From the NCBI GenBank assembly GCA_963735595.1, contig CAVTLK010000002.1, positions 1 to 64,000 on the forward strand: 64,000 bases of DNA. The letters run 5' to 3'. Below are positions 51,801 to 63,056 of the stretch, one piece after another (the first letter of the stretch is position 1; every line of letters begins with the position of its first letter). The translations under genes and the position numbers were made by a program. Below the pieces are notes generated by a model, which saw only the letters and a program-made list of their open reading frames with translations, searched no databases and was not told the DNA's origin. Origin of the DNA: an uncultured delta proteobacterium. Lineage in GTDB: Bacteria; Desulfobacterota; Zymogenia; Zymogenales; Zymogenaceae.

Positions 51801-54470
51801 ATGTCTAGGATGAAAGTCTTCGAACTGGCGAAAAAATTAAAAATCGAGGACGAGATCCTCTTACAGAGGATCCGGGATGTCGGCCTCGGAATAGAAGACG
51901 CCACGGAGACCCTCGAGTCGGAGGAAGTCAAGATCCTCGAAGAATTAATCAGGAAAGAGAAGACCGATAGCGTTATCGAGGAAAGGATCAAGCCGACCGT
52001 CATCAGGAGGAGGGCCAAGGAAAAACCGGCCGCATCTCCCGATGAAGACGTCACCCTCGAGGTCATAGAAGAAACGCCGGTCATTGAAACCGAGGCTGAG
52101 CGCGAGCCGAGAGCTGACACAGGTCCACGCCTCAAGACGGTAGAGAAGGAGCAGGCATCGGCTCCCCGTATTATCTCCAAAGAGGTAGTCAAGGAGCGTA
52201 AACCGAAGCAGGATGGCGAAGAGAAGCCGGCGGCAAGGGTAGTACGGGCGCCCGAGGCGGAAGAAGGGAAGCCCGCGACGCCCCAGCATCCTACCGAACA
52301 ACGGGAGGAGAGGGTGTTGGGCAAGCGGCTGAAGACCGTTTCAAAAGATGAGATGACCGAGATCGTTCGACCCAAGATCATACATAAGCCCCAGCACGTT
52401 GAAATAACAGCCGCCGACAGGAAAAGGCCCGTGCCGACCACCGGTGCCGGCGCCGATAAAAAGGCGGTAGTGGCCCCCGTTAATAGAGAGGCCGATAAGA
52501 AACGAAAGAGGAAAAAGAAGAGAGGGGATGTCGTTGACGATAAGGCGGCTATAAGACATCCCGTCAAGAAACGCGAGGTCCTTATTACGACGGAGGTTCC
52601 CGGAGTTACCGATGAGGTCGCTCGGGCCAAGCCCGGGCCGCTGGCCAAAAAATTCAAGAAAGCGCCCAAAACCGTCAAGAAGGCGATGCTGAAAACGGCC
52701 ATCACGACGCCAAAGGCAAGTAAACGCATCATCAAGATCGAAGAGGTCGTCACTGTCGGGGAACTTGCCAAACGGATGGGCGTAAAGGCCTCCGACCTCA
52801 TCAGGAAGCTGATGGAACTGGGCACCATGGCGACGATCAACAAGGTGATTGACCTGGATACCGCCTCGATTATCGCCCACGAGTTTGGATACGAGGTCGA
52901 AAATGTCGCTTTTGAGGAAACGACGCTCATCAAAGAGGTCGAGGATAATGAAGAGGACCTGAGCATCCGTCCGCCGGTTGTTACTATTATGGGGCACGTC
53001 GACCACGGGAAGACCACCCTCTTGGACGCCATTCGAGAAACAAACGTTGTGGGCGGTGAGTTCGGCGGCATCACGCAGCACATCGGTGCCTATGAAGTGG
53101 ATATAAAGGATAAGAGAATCGTGTTCCTTGACACCCCCGGCCACGAGGCCTTTACGACAATGCGGGCCCGGGGAGCCCAGGTGACCGATATCGTCGTCCT
53201 GGTGGTTGCCGCCGATGATGGTGTTATGCCCCAAACGGTGGAGGCCGTCAATCACGCGAAGGCCGCAGGCGTTCCCATCATTGTCGCGGTCAACAAAATT
53301 GATAAGCCGGACGCGAAGGCCGAGCGTGTCAGGAAGGAGCTCATCGAGTACGGTCTTGTCTCAGAGGACCTGGGCGGTGAGACCATATACGTCGAGCTTT
53401 CGGCCAAGAAGAGGCAAAACATCGGCGAACTCCTCGAGATGATCCTGATTCAGTCGGAGGTGCTGGAGCTGCGGGCCAACCCCGATAAGCCGGCCCGCGG
53501 CGTGGTCATAGAGGCCAAACTTGACCGGGGGAGGGGGCCCATAGCGACCGTCCTGGTGAAGGACGGGACCCTCAAAGTGGGAGATCATCTTGTGACCGGC
53601 CTTTACTCCGGCAAGGTGCGGGCGCTCATCAACGATCAGGGAGCATCCGTCGATCAAGCCGGGCCGTCGATTCCGGTTGAAATCCTGGGGCTTTCGGGGG
53701 TGCCGGCTGCCGGAGATCCGTTTAGCGTTGTCGAGAACGAAAAGACAGCAAAAGAGGTAGTCGGCCACCGGCAGCAGAAGGCCCGGGAAAAAGAGATGGT
53801 CATGCCGCATGCCCGGGCGAGCCTCGAAGAGTTCTATCAGAAACTGCAGGATGGCGTGAAAGAACTCAAGCTCATCATAAAGGGCGACGTGCAGGGCTCC
53901 GTCGAGGCGCTCTCCGAGAACCTCGTGAACCTCGGTAACGAGGAAGTGAAGGTCGTCGTCGTTCATGGTGCAACCGGGAGCATCACCGAGTCGGACGTGA
54001 TGCTGGCGTCGGCTTCCGAGGCGGTCATTATCGGTTTCTCGGTTCGACCGGAGCCGAAGGTGATGGAGCTTGCAGAATTCGAAAAGGTGGAGATAAAGCT
54101 CTATAATATTATTTATGACTGCGTGGACGATATAAAACGGGCGATCACGGGGATGCTTGCCCCGAAGCTGGTGGAAAAGACCCTCGGTCATGCCGAGGTC
54201 CGGGAAGTATTCTCGATCCCGAAGATCGGCTCAGTGGCCGGCAGCTACGTAACGGACGGCAAGATTACTCGGGGGTCCCGGGTTCGCCTGCTCCGTGATA
54301 AACAGGTCATCTTCGACGGGAAGATGGAATCTCTCAAGCGATTCAAGGAAGATACCAAGGAAGTAGCCTCGGGGTATGAATGCGGTATAAAACTCGAGAA
54401 TTATAACGACATAAAACCCAGCGACATTATTGAGTCGTACATAATAGAGGAAATCGCCGCGGAGTTGTAG
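51801..54470 (+). CDS. infB: Translation initiation factor IF-2
   Basis: [26 protein letters not shown]. Confidence 0.98.
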   Translation: MSRMKVFELAKKLKIEDEILLQRIRDVGLGIEDATETLESEEVKILEELIRKEKTDSVIEERIKPTVIRRRAKEKPAASPDEDVTLEVIEETPVIETEAEREPRADTGPRLKTVEKEQASAPRIISKEVVKERKPKQDGEEKPAARVVRAPEAEEGKPATPQHPTEQREERVLGKRLKTVSKDEMTEIVRPKIIHKPQHVEITAADRKRPVPTTGAGADKKAVVAPVNREADKKRKRKKKRGDVVDDKAAIRHPVKKREVLITTEVPGVTDEVARAKPGPLAKKFKKAPKTVKKAMLKTAITTPKASKRIIKIEEVVTVGELAKRMGVKASDLIRKLMELGTMATINKVIDLDTASIIAHEFGYEVENVAFEETTLIKEVEDNEEDLSIRPPVVTIMGHVDHGKTTLLDAIRETNVVGGEFGGITQHIGAYEVDIKDKRIVFLDTPGHEAFTTMRARGAQVTDIVVLVVAADDGVMPQTVEAVNHAKAAGVPIIVAVNKIDKPDAKAERVRKELIEYGLVSEDLGGETIYVELSAKKRQNIGELLEMILIQSEVLELRANPDKPARGVVIEAKLDRGRGPIATVLVKDGTLKVGDHLVTGLYSGKVRALINDQGASVDQAGPSIPVEILGLSGVPAAGDPFSVVENEKTAKEVVGHRQQKAREKEMVMPHARASLEEFYQKLQDGVKELKLIIKGDVQGSVEALSENLVNLGNEEVKVVVVHGATGSITESDVMLASASEAVIIGFSVRPEPKVMELAEFEKVEIKLYNIIYDCVDDIKRAITGMLAPKLVEKTLGHAEVREVFSIPKIGSVAGSYVTDGKITRGSRVRLLRDKQVIFDGKMESLKRFKEDTKEVASGYECGIKLENYNDIKPSDIIESYIIEEIAAEL

Positions 54471-54471
54471 C

Positions 54472-54777
54472 ATGTTTGTCGGGGTGGGTCGCGTTCGGTT
54501 TTTTATCCATCACGCCAATTCCCTAAAGTCGAAACGGCAGGTGGTCAAGGGGATAACCGTACAGGTTCACAATAAATTCAATGCGGCATGCGCCGAGGTT
54601 GCCGACGGCAACCTCTGGCAGAAGGCGACGATAGGATTCGCCGTGGTGGGTAACGATGCTTCGTTTGTCAATTCCCACCTCGATAAAATCATCAACTATA
54701 TGGAATGCATCGAGGCGGCCGAGATAATCGACCACAACATTGAGATACTCAATTATTCCGACAGGGATTTTGATTAG
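54472..54777 (+). CDS. DUF503 (YlxP-like) protein
   Basis: SLKSKRQVV, KFNAACAEV, LWQKATIG; canonical position between infB and rbfA. Confidence 0.88.
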   Translation: MFVGVGRVRFFIHHANSLKSKRQVVKGITVQVHNKFNAACAEVADGNLWQKATIGFAVVGNDASFVNSHLDKIINYMECIEAAEIIDHNIEILNYSDRDFD

Positions 54778-55131
54778 GTGAAGGGGAAGGATACACGGAG
54801 GATCGACAAGCTCGGGGACCTTATCAAGGAAGAGATATCGACCCTCTTGATCAGAGAAATCAGGGATCCCCGGATCGGGATGCTTACCATCACCGACGTA
54901 GAGGTTTCCCGGGATATACGAGCCGCAAAGGTTTTCTATACCGTCAGCGGCGATGACAACGCGAGGCGTGAAGCGCAGCGGGGGTTGGAGAGCGCCGTGG
55001 GATTTATCAGAAGCTCCGTTGCGCATAGCCTGACGATCAGGCGGATGCCCGAGTTGACGTTTATGTTTGACAAGAGCCTCGACTATGGTCAGAAGATAGA
55101 TCGGATCCTCGAGGAGTTGAAGGAAGAGTAG
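54778..55131 (+). CDS. rbfA: Ribosome-binding factor A
   Basis: IRDPRI, VEVSRD, AKVF, RRMPELTF. Confidence 0.97.
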   Translation: MKGKDTRRIDKLGDLIKEEISTLLIREIRDPRIGMLTITDVEVSRDIRAAKVFYTVSGDDNARREAQRGLESAVGFIRSSVAHSLTIRRMPELTFMFDKSLDYGQKIDRILEELKEE

Positions 55132-56120
55132 TGTCCATACTCACCGAGATTACCCGGACGATAAGAGACTCGTCACGCCTTTTTTTGGCGACGCACGTAA
55201 ATCCGGACGGGGACGCGATCGGGTCACTACTTGCCCTCAACTGCCTGTTATTAGGGCTCGGGAAGGATGTGACGGCATTTATTGCGGACCCGATCCCGGC
55301 TAATTTCCGGTTCTTGCCGACCTCCGATCTCGTGATAAACGGGCTTACCGGCCGGCAGGGCCGGTCGTTTGACCTGGCAATCGTGGTGGACAGCACCGAC
55401 TGGGAGCGTACGGGCACGGATATCCCGTCGATCGTGAGGCTGGAGAAGGTCATCAATATCGACCATCATGTCTCCAACAACTCCTTCGGTGATATTAATT
55501 ATATTGACCCGAAGGCGTCTGCGGTCGGAGAGATGCTCTATGACGTGATCGACGCCCTGGGAACAGGGGTCGATTCCCGAATTGCGTCGTGTCTCTATGC
55601 GGCGATCATGACCGATACCGGGAGCTTCACCTACTCGAACACGACGGCCCGGGCGTTTGAAATATCCGAAAAGCTCGTCAGGTGCGGCGCACAACCTGCC
55701 AAGATCGCAGAGGAGATCAACGAGAACTACTCGGTATCCCGTCTCGACCTCCTGCGGTTGGCGCTGTCTTCTCTCGAGTTTTCCGGTAACCGTCGAATCG
55801 GCTCGATGACGATCACCCAGGAGATGTTCAGGGAGACCGGCAGCGGACCGGACATGATCGAGGGATTTATCGATTATCCGAGGTTTGTTGCGGGTGTAAA
55901 GGTCGCAGTCCTCTTCCGGGAATTGACGGGCGGCGGCTATAAAGTCAGCTTCCGATCGCGAGATACGCTGGACGTGTCGCGGATTGCCGGGCACTTCGGA
56001 GGCGGCGGCCACATGAACGCCTCCGGGTGCACGATACCCGGCGAACTGGCCCGGATCAAGGACGATGTCATTTCGGTAACCCAGCGTGTGCTGGAGGAAA
56101 CGACCGGCGGGGAGACGTAA
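55131..56120 (+). CDS. nrnA: DHH/DHHA1 oligoribonuclease / pAp phosphatase
   Basis: HVNPDGDAIGS, NIDHH, TDTGSF, SFRS, GGGGH. Confidence 0.93.
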   Translation: MSILTEITRTIRDSSRLFLATHVNPDGDAIGSLLALNCLLLGLGKDVTAFIADPIPANFRFLPTSDLVINGLTGRQGRSFDLAIVVDSTDWERTGTDIPSIVRLEKVINIDHHVSNNSFGDINYIDPKASAVGEMLYDVIDALGTGVDSRIASCLYAAIMTDTGSFTYSNTTARAFEISEKLVRCGAQPAKIAEEINENYSVSRLDLLRLALSSLEFSGNRRIGSMTITQEMFRETGSGPDMIEGFIDYPRFVAGVKVAVLFRELTGGGYKVSFRSRDTLDVSRIAGHFGGGGHMNASGCTIPGELARIKDDVISVTQRVLEETTGGET

Positions 56121-56121
56121 T

Positions 56122-57015
56122 ATGCCGTTTGACGGTGTCCTGATCATCAATAAACCGGAAGGCATAACGTCCCACGATGCGGTTCGCGAGGTAAAACGGT
56201 CGCTCTCGGCGGCAAAGGTTGGCCACACGGGCACGCTCGATCCCTTCGCAACCGGCGTTCTGGTAATGGGGATCAACCAGGGGACGAAGCTCATCCCGTT
56301 TCTCGACAAGACTGAGAAGGCCTACCGGGCCGTGATGGTCCTGGGCGCCTCTACCGATACGTATGACCTGACCGGAACGATCGTCACAGCCGGGGATATC
56401 TCCGGGATAACCGAGCAGGACATCGTAACCGTCTTTTCGCGGTTCGTCGGTGATATTCTGCAACACCCGCCGATTTTTTCGGCGATCAAGGTGGACGGGG
56501 TTCGGCTCTATAAGCTTGCCCGCAGCGGCGTTGAAATGCCCCTGCCGGAGGCCCGGCCCGTGCATATCCGAATGTTGAGGCCGGTCGACTATTCGCCTCC
56601 CCGGGTCAGTTTTGAGGTCGTTTGCTCGCCGGGGACGTATATCAGATCGCTGGCCGCCGATATCGGCCGGGCGCTCGGGACGGAGGCCTATCTCGAACAG
56701 CTGAGCAGGACCGCATCCGGCCCCTTTACCCTCGATGCGGCCCACGAGCTGTCGGAGTTCACGGCCCTCGGCCTCTCGGGATACGGCGCCGTTATTGGGC
56801 TTCGCGAGGCGGTCGCCGACATGATGGAAATACCCATCAGCGAGCAGGAGGCGGCGCTCGTGGCCAACGGCGGGTTCCTCTGCTGGAGCAGGCCTAACGC
56901 CATGCGGACGGGGGCGACCGTCAAACTGGTGCATGAGGGACGGCTTGTGGCGCTCGCAAAGGTTATGGATCGGAATATCAAGGCAAATTTAAAGCCGTTT
57001 AAGGTTTTTGTTTAA
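56122..57015 (+). CDS. truB: tRNA pseudouridine-55 synthase
   Basis: KPEGITSHD, GHTGTLDPFATGVL, PPIFSAIK, GTYIRSL. Confidence 0.97.
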   Translation: MPFDGVLIINKPEGITSHDAVREVKRSLSAAKVGHTGTLDPFATGVLVMGINQGTKLIPFLDKTEKAYRAVMVLGASTDTYDLTGTIVTAGDISGITEQDIVTVFSRFVGDILQHPPIFSAIKVDGVRLYKLARSGVEMPLPEARPVHIRMLRPVDYSPPRVSFEVVCSPGTYIRSLAADIGRALGTEAYLEQLSRTASGPFTLDAAHELSEFTALGLSGYGAVIGLREAVADMMEIPISEQEAALVANGGFLCWSRPNAMRTGATVKLVHEGRLVALAKVMDRNIKANLKPFKVFV

Positions 57016-57040
57016 GTAACGGTGTTTTTGGAGGTAGTAG

Positions 57041-57310
57041 ATGTCCCTTATTAAGGAGAAAAAGATCGAGATCATCGACGGATATAAAAAACATCCGACC
57101 GATACCGGCTCACCGGAGGTACAGATCGCGTTGTTAACCGAGCGCATCAATACCCTCACGGAACATTTTAAAACACACAAAAAGGATCATATGTCTCGGC
57201 GCGGCCTACTGATGATGGTTGGCCAGCGGCGGCGGCTTCTGGAGTACCTCAAGCGAAAAAATGTCGAGGGATACCGGGAGCTTATCGCGCGGCTGGGGAT
57301 CAGAAAGTAA
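57041..57310 (+). CDS. rpsO: 30S ribosomal protein S15
   Basis: [24 protein letters not shown]. Confidence 0.99.
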   Translation: MSLIKEKKIEIIDGYKKHPTDTGSPEVQIALLTERINTLTEHFKTHKKDHMSRRGLLMMVGQRRRLLEYLKRKNVEGYRELIARLGIRK

Positions 57311-57338
57311 CGTCGCCCGCGGGCAATGAAAGAGGTTT

Positions 57339-59429
57339 ATGACAGAATTTAGAGAGAAAAAGAGAGAGTTTCACGGAAGACCCTTTGGTATCGAGACCGG
57401 GAAGATGGCCAAGCAGGCCGGAGGCTCGGTCCTCGTGAAGTACGGGGATACCCGGGTGCTTGTAACGGCCGTTTCCGCGGATACGACCAGGGCCGGGACG
57501 GATTTCCTGCCGCTGACCGTCGATTATCAGGAAATGACCTATGCGGCCGGCAAGATTCCCGGGGGTTTCTTCAAACGAGAGGGCAGACCCAGTGAGAGAG
57601 AAATCCTCACCTGCCGCATCATCGACCGGCCTATCCGGCCGCTGTTGCCCAAGGGGTATTATTACGAAACCCAGATCGTGGCTTCGGTGCTTTCCATCGA
57701 TCAGGACAACGATCCGGATATCATGGCGCTTACCGGCGCTTCATGCGCCCTTTGTCTGTCGGACGTCCCGTTTTGCGGCCCCATCGCGGCGGTGCGGGTA
57801 GGCAGGATCGGCGGCAAGTTCCTGTTCAATCCGAGCGGCGAGGACCTCCTGAAGAGTGATATGGATCTGTTTGTCGCCGGCAGCCGCGACGACGTGGTCA
57901 TGGTGGAGGGAAGGTTCTCGGAAATCTCCGAAGACGACGTCCTTTCGGCGATCGTGTCGGCCCACCGGGAGCTTCAGCCCCTCATTGATATGCAGCTTGA
58001 GCTCATGAAAGAGGCGGGGAAACCCAAGAGGAGCTTTGAAGAAAAGACGCTTGACGCCGCGCTCCGAGCACAGGTAGAAAAGGCGGCCGCCGATAGCATC
58101 ACAAAGACCCTGGCAATTCCTGTTAAGCAGGAGCGGTACAAGACTTTGTCGGCCCTGCGGCAGGAGATCACGGCAGCGCTTGCTCCCGACGACCCAACGA
58201 TGGCGGCGGAGGCGGCGGCATGTTTCGACGACGTCCATCATCACGTGCTCAGGGATATCATCCTCAAGGGGGTACGCATCGACGGCAGGAAGTTTGACGA
58301 AATCAGACAGATCACCTGTGAGGTGGGGATTCTCCCGCGGACCCACGGCAGCGCCCTGTTTACCCGGGGAGAGACCCAGGTCATGGCTTCGACGACACTC
58401 GGTACGTCCCAGGACGAACAGAAGATCGACGCCTTACGCGGCGAAAGCTACAAGTCCTTTATGCTTCACTATAATTTCCCGCCCTTTTCCGTCGGTGAGG
58501 CGCGGCCGTTGCGCGGCCCGTCACGCAGAGAGATCGGCCACGGGGCCCTTGCAGAGCGGGCGATATCGTCCGTGCTGCCCAAGGACGACAACTTCCCCTA
58601 TACGATCCGTATCGTCTCGGACGTTCTTGAATCCAACGGTTCCTCGTCAATGGCGACGGTCTGCGGATCGAGTCTTTCCCTGATGGATGCCGGCGTCCCG
58701 ATCAAGGCGCACGTGGCGGGCATCGCCATGGGCCTCGTCAAGGAGGGCGACAAGGTTGCCGTTCTCTCGGACATCATGGGAGACGAAGACCACGCCGGCG
58801 ATATGGACTTTAAAGTAGCCGGCACGACAAACGGTATCACCGCGCTCCAAATGGATATAAAGATCACCGGTGTCGGCGAGGATATCATGAAACGAGCCCT
58901 TGCGCAGGCCGGCCAGGGGAGGCTCTTCATCCTTAAGAAGATGTCCGAGGCCATTGATCGGCCCAGGGCCGAACTCTCGCCCCATGCACCGCGTATCGTG
59001 ACGTTCTTCATAAATCCTGACAAGATCAGGGACGTGATCGGCCCCGGAGGCAAGGTCATCAGAAAGATCGTCAGTGATACCGGAGTCAGGATCGATATTA
59101 CCGACGACGGTAAGGTCGAAATAGCGTCCATCGACGAGGCCGCCGCAAGCAAGGCGATCAACACGATCAAGGAGTTGACCAAAGAGGCGGCCATCGGGGA
59201 GATATACGAGGGTAAGGTCGTCAGGGTCGTCGATTTCGGCGCCTTTGTGGAGATACTTCCCGGCGTTGACGGACTGGTTCATATCTCGCAGCTCACCAGG
59301 AATCGCGTCAATAAGGTGACCGACGTAATCAAGGAAGGCGATACGGTCCGCGTCAAGGTAATCGATGTCGACAAGGAAGGAAGGATCAAGCTTTCCCGAA
59401 AAGAGGCCCTCGTCGGCGACGAAATCTGA
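57339..59429 (+). CDS. pnp: Polyribonucleotide nucleotidyltransferase
   Basis: [38 protein letters not shown] and S1 domains. Confidence 0.99.
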   Translation: MTEFREKKREFHGRPFGIETGKMAKQAGGSVLVKYGDTRVLVTAVSADTTRAGTDFLPLTVDYQEMTYAAGKIPGGFFKREGRPSEREILTCRIIDRPIRPLLPKGYYYETQIVASVLSIDQDNDPDIMALTGASCALCLSDVPFCGPIAAVRVGRIGGKFLFNPSGEDLLKSDMDLFVAGSRDDVVMVEGRFSEISEDDVLSAIVSAHRELQPLIDMQLELMKEAGKPKRSFEEKTLDAALRAQVEKAAADSITKTLAIPVKQERYKTLSALRQEITAALAPDDPTMAAEAAACFDDVHHHVLRDIILKGVRIDGRKFDEIRQITCEVGILPRTHGSALFTRGETQVMASTTLGTSQDEQKIDALRGESYKSFMLHYNFPPFSVGEARPLRGPSRREIGHGALAERAISSVLPKDDNFPYTIRIVSDVLESNGSSSMATVCGSSLSLMDAGVPIKAHVAGIAMGLVKEGDKVAVLSDIMGDEDHAGDMDFKVAGTTNGITALQMDIKITGVGEDIMKRALAQAGQGRLFILKKMSEAIDRPRAELSPHAPRIVTFFINPDKIRDVIGPGGKVIRKIVSDTGVRIDITDDGKVEIASIDEAAASKAINTIKELTKEAAIGEIYEGKVVRVVDFGAFVEILPGVDGLVHISQLTRNRVNKVTDVIKEGDTVRVKVIDVDKEGRIKLSRKEALVGDEI

Positions 59430-59441
59430 TTGCAGGGTAAC

Positions 59442-60686
59442 ATGTTTACAAAGACACATATAGGAGGAGGGGTTCCCCTCCTCTCTGAATATATACCCTA
59501 CGTTCATTCCGTTTCTCTCGGCATTTGGGTAAGGTCCGGCTCCGTCTCCGATACGAAAAAGACGATGGGGATAGGGCACTTCGTCGAGCACATGCTGTTC
59601 AAGGGAACTCAGCGCAGGACGGCCTATCAAATCGCCCGGGAGATTGATGACGTAGGGGGCCATCTGAACGCCTATACCTCTAAGGAATATACCAACTTCT
59701 ACGTGAAGGTTCTCAAGGACGATATCGAGCTCGCTGCCGACGTCCTGATGGATATATTCCTGAATCCGGTCTTTCCTGCAGACGAGATGGAAAAAGAGAA
59801 GTCGGTCGTCATTCAGGAAATAAAGATGGTAGAGGATACCCCGGACGATCTGATCCACGACCTATCCTTTCAGACGATGTGGCCCGATCACCCCTTCGGG
59901 TATTCGATACTGGGGGAAATAGAGACGGTTGGGGCCGTCACCAGGGAATTACTGACGGCCTATCGGATGAAGCACCATACCCGGGAAAACATTATTATCG
60001 GGGCGGTCGGGAATTTCGAACATGAGCGGCTCGCGGCCCTGCTCTCCGGGCCGCTGGCGGCGATTCCGGCGGGTTCTCCCGAGGGCATCGCATCGCCGCA
60101 GTTTGCCGCCCGGCGCGAGGTATTCGAGCGCGATATAGAGCAGGTCCATTTCATCATCGGGTTTTCGGCGCTTCCCTATACGCATGCGGACCGGTACAGC
60201 CAGTTGATCCTCAACACCGTGCTGGGCGCGGGCATGAGCTCCCGGCTCTTCCAGGAAGTCCGTGAAAAAAGAGGGCTCGCGTATTCGATTTACTCGTTTC
60301 TCTCCCCATACCGGGATTCAGGCTCGCTGGAAATATACGCCGGCACCGATGCCGACTCACTGGAGGAGCTCCTGCGGATAAGCGCCCGCGAGATCAAGAA
60401 ACTGACGAAAAAGCCCCTCTCGGATGCCGAGCTTGCCTCGGCCAAGGGACAGATCAAGGGCAATCTCCTGCTCTCGCTGGAGAGCACGGACGCTCGCCTC
60501 GGACGAATGGCCAAGAACGAGCTCTATTTCGGCCGCCGGGTGGAGGCCGACGAAATTATCCAGAGCATCGACCGGGTAACCGCGGCCGACGTCCTGGAGG
60601 TCGCGCGCACGGTGATCAACCCCGATCAACTGACGGCGGTCTTCCTGGGGCCGGTCACCGAGCGGGATATTCCCGAGATTATGTGA
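59442..60686 (+). CDS. M16 family zinc peptidase
   Basis: HFVEHMLFKGT (HxxEH), NAYT, SSRLFQEVREKRGLAY. Confidence 0.95.
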   Translation: MFTKTHIGGGVPLLSEYIPYVHSVSLGIWVRSGSVSDTKKTMGIGHFVEHMLFKGTQRRTAYQIAREIDDVGGHLNAYTSKEYTNFYVKVLKDDIELAADVLMDIFLNPVFPADEMEKEKSVVIQEIKMVEDTPDDLIHDLSFQTMWPDHPFGYSILGEIETVGAVTRELLTAYRMKHHTRENIIIGAVGNFEHERLAALLSGPLAAIPAGSPEGIASPQFAARREVFERDIEQVHFIIGFSALPYTHADRYSQLILNTVLGAGMSSRLFQEVREKRGLAYSIYSFLSPYRDSGSLEIYAGTDADSLEELLRISAREIKKLTKKPLSDAELASAKGQIKGNLLLSLESTDARLGRMAKNELYFGRRVEADEIIQSIDRVTAADVLEVARTVINPDQLTAVFLGPVTERDIPEIM

Positions 60687-60695
60687 TCCGGCGCC

Positions 60696-61019
60696 ATGTT
60701 TTCAAAGGGAGACATCGTTATCGAGTTCTACCGGGCCTCCGGCCCCGGCGGGCAGCGGAAGAACAAGAAGGATACGGCCGTAAGGATCACGCACCTGCCG
60801 ACCGGGATAACGGTGGTCGCCCCGGAAAGCCGCTACCGCAGCGTCAATATGAAACGGGCATTTGAGAGGCTCGCCGAGCGGGTCAGCGAAAAGACGAAAC
60901 GCGCCGCCGTCCGCATCAAGACCAGGGCCCCCGGGCGCGTGCGCGAACGGCGGCTCGAAACAAAGCGGATAACTTCGGTAAAAAAGGACTTTCGCAGGCG
61001 GATTGAACATGACGAATAA
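60696..61019 (+). CDS. Peptide chain release factor-like / ArfB-type peptidyl-tRNA hydrolase
   Basis: [18 protein letters not shown], basic tail [20 protein letters not shown]. Confidence 0.8.
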   Translation: MFSKGDIVIEFYRASGPGGQRKNKKDTAVRITHLPTGITVVAPESRYRSVNMKRAFERLAERVSEKTKRAAVRIKTRAPGRVRERRLETKRITSVKKDFRRRIEHDE

Positions 61020-62346
61020 GGCAGGCGGCATCGCGTGGAAGGATGTGAAAGATGAGGCATCCGAAATCCTGGCCCAATACGTGCGGATCAAGACGGTAAA
61101 CCCCCCGGGCGACGAAGAAGAGGCGGCCCGGTTCCTCGCATCCGTGCTCAAGAAAGACGGCATCGACTCGAATGTCTATCTATCCGGTCCCAAACGGGCC
61201 AGCATCCTGGCGCGGCTGAAGGGCGTGGACCCACGGGGATTGATTTTTCTTTCTCATATAGATACGGTCGGGGCCGAGGCCTCCACGTGGGATTTTGATC
61301 CTTTCTCCGGTGAGCGAAGGAACGGCAACATCCTCGGCAGGGGAACGCTCGACGACAAGGGGATGGGAGTCATGGGCCTGATGGCGCTGCTGCTGGCCAG
61401 GCGCACGGGTCTGCAGCTCAAGCGGGACGTTGTCTTTCTGGCGACGGCCGACGAGGAGACCGGGGGCGAATACGGAGCGGGATATATGGCCAGGGAACAC
61501 GCCGATAAGCTGGCGGCGACCTTTCTCCTCAACGAGGGGGGCGCCCTTATGCGGGGGGTCCTGCCCAACGACAGGGTTTCGTGCATGGTCGCCGTGGGGG
61601 AAAAGGGGCCGCTCTGGCTGGAGCTCTCCCGAGCCGGCACCTCGGGGCACGGCTCGGTCCCCGTGGCAGATAACGCCATCCTCAAGCTGATCCGGGCGGC
61701 CGACCGGCTTTCCCGGTCGCGCCGGCCCATCCGGTTCATCGACGAAACGATCGAATTTTGCGCCGGTCTCGGCGGCGGGATCGGAGGGATAAAGGGCGCG
61801 TTGCTCAAGGGCGTACGCGTCCCGTTGTTCAGGCCGCTGATCGGCAGGCTCCTATCAAAGACCCCCAATATCGGCGCCATGCTTACCGATACGATAAGCC
61901 TCACCACTATGCACGCGGGTATCAAGGAGAACGTAATCCCCGACGGGGCCCGGATGACCATCGATGTCCGGCTGCTCCCCCGCACCGACAAGGACGAATT
62001 CATCGGGTGGGCGAAAAAACGGCTTGATGACGACCGGATCGCGGTTCGGGAGGTCTTCTTCGCCCCGTCGTCCCTGTCACAATCGACAGGCGAATTTTTC
62101 CGGGCCGTTTCGGCCACGGCCGACGAGATCGTCCCCGGTTCGATTACCATTCCGATGATTTCTACCGGCTTCACCGATTCCCGGTTTTTCCGGGATCTCG
62201 GGATCACATCGTATGGCCTTCTGCCAGCCCCGCTCACGACCGAGGACGTACAGACGGTCCACGGCAAGAACGAGAAGATCAGCGAGGAGGGACTTCTCCT
62301 CGGTACGAAGTATATGTACCGTCTCATCGAAAGACTCTGCGCGTAG
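61009..62346 (+). CDS. M20/M25/M40 family metallopeptidase
   Basis: [34 protein letters not shown]. Confidence 0.93.
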   Translation: MTNKAGGIAWKDVKDEASEILAQYVRIKTVNPPGDEEEAARFLASVLKKDGIDSNVYLSGPKRASILARLKGVDPRGLIFLSHIDTVGAEASTWDFDPFSGERRNGNILGRGTLDDKGMGVMGLMALLLARRTGLQLKRDVVFLATADEETGGEYGAGYMAREHADKLAATFLLNEGGALMRGVLPNDRVSCMVAVGEKGPLWLELSRAGTSGHGSVPVADNAILKLIRAADRLSRSRRPIRFIDETIEFCAGLGGGIGGIKGALLKGVRVPLFRPLIGRLLSKTPNIGAMLTDTISLTTMHAGIKENVIPDGARMTIDVRLLPRTDKDEFIGWAKKRLDDDRIAVREVFFAPSSLSQSTGEFFRAVSATADEIVPGSITIPMISTGFTDSRFFRDLGITSYGLLPAPLTTEDVQTVHGKNEKISEEGLLLGTKYMYRLIERLCA

Positions 62347-62364
62347 CCACCGTACGGGTGATAC

Positions 62365-62985
62365 ATGGATTTTACGTTTGCCATAACGTCATTCATCACG
62401 ATCTTCGTGGTGGTGGGCGCGCCGGAAAGCGTCGCGATCTTCCTGACCCTCACCAAGGGGATGGACCGGCATAAGGTCAGGCGTACCGCCCTCAAGTCCT
62501 GCGTGACTGCCCTGGCCGTCCTTTCGGTCTTTACGCTATTCGGTAACAATATCCTTACTTTCTTCGGAATTACGGTGGCGGCCTTTCAGGTTGCGGGGGG
62601 AATAATCCTCTTTTTTATCGGCTTTGCGATGATACGGATTATCCGTGCACGGGTCATCACGACCCCGGAAGAAGAGGATGAGAGCGAAAAAAAAGAGGAT
62701 ATATCCATCGTCCCCATGGCCGTCCCGATTCTGGCCGGGCCCGCCTCGATCACTACGGTGATGGTCCTCTCGTCCCGGATGCCGGGGTGGGAGGCAAAGG
62801 TGGTGGTCCTCGGGGGGAGTCTCCTGACCATACTTATCGCTTTTCTTCTCTTGAGTTTTGCCGAGAACGTACAGCGGGTCTTCGGCAGGACCGGCATGAA
62901 TATCCTCGAGCGGGTGATGGGGCTCATTCTCTGCGTAATGGCTGCGCAGTTCGTAATCGACGGCGTCAAGCAAGCGCTGCTGTAA
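62365..62985 (+). CDS. MarC family inner-membrane protein
   Basis: FQVAGGIILF, IVPMAVPILAGPASI, RVMGLIL. Confidence 0.93.
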   Translation: MDFTFAITSFITIFVVVGAPESVAIFLTLTKGMDRHKVRRTALKSCVTALAVLSVFTLFGNNILTFFGITVAAFQVAGGIILFFIGFAMIRIIRARVITTPEEEDESEKKEDISIVPMAVPILAGPASITTVMVLSSRMPGWEAKVVVLGGSLLTILIAFLLLSFAENVQRVFGRTGMNILERVMGLILCVMAAQFVIDGVKQALL

Positions 62986-63056
62986 GACGTGCCGAAGTAT
63001 CAGAATATACCATTAGATAGCGCCCGCCGACAAACAGGCGGATTACAGCAATCCAT

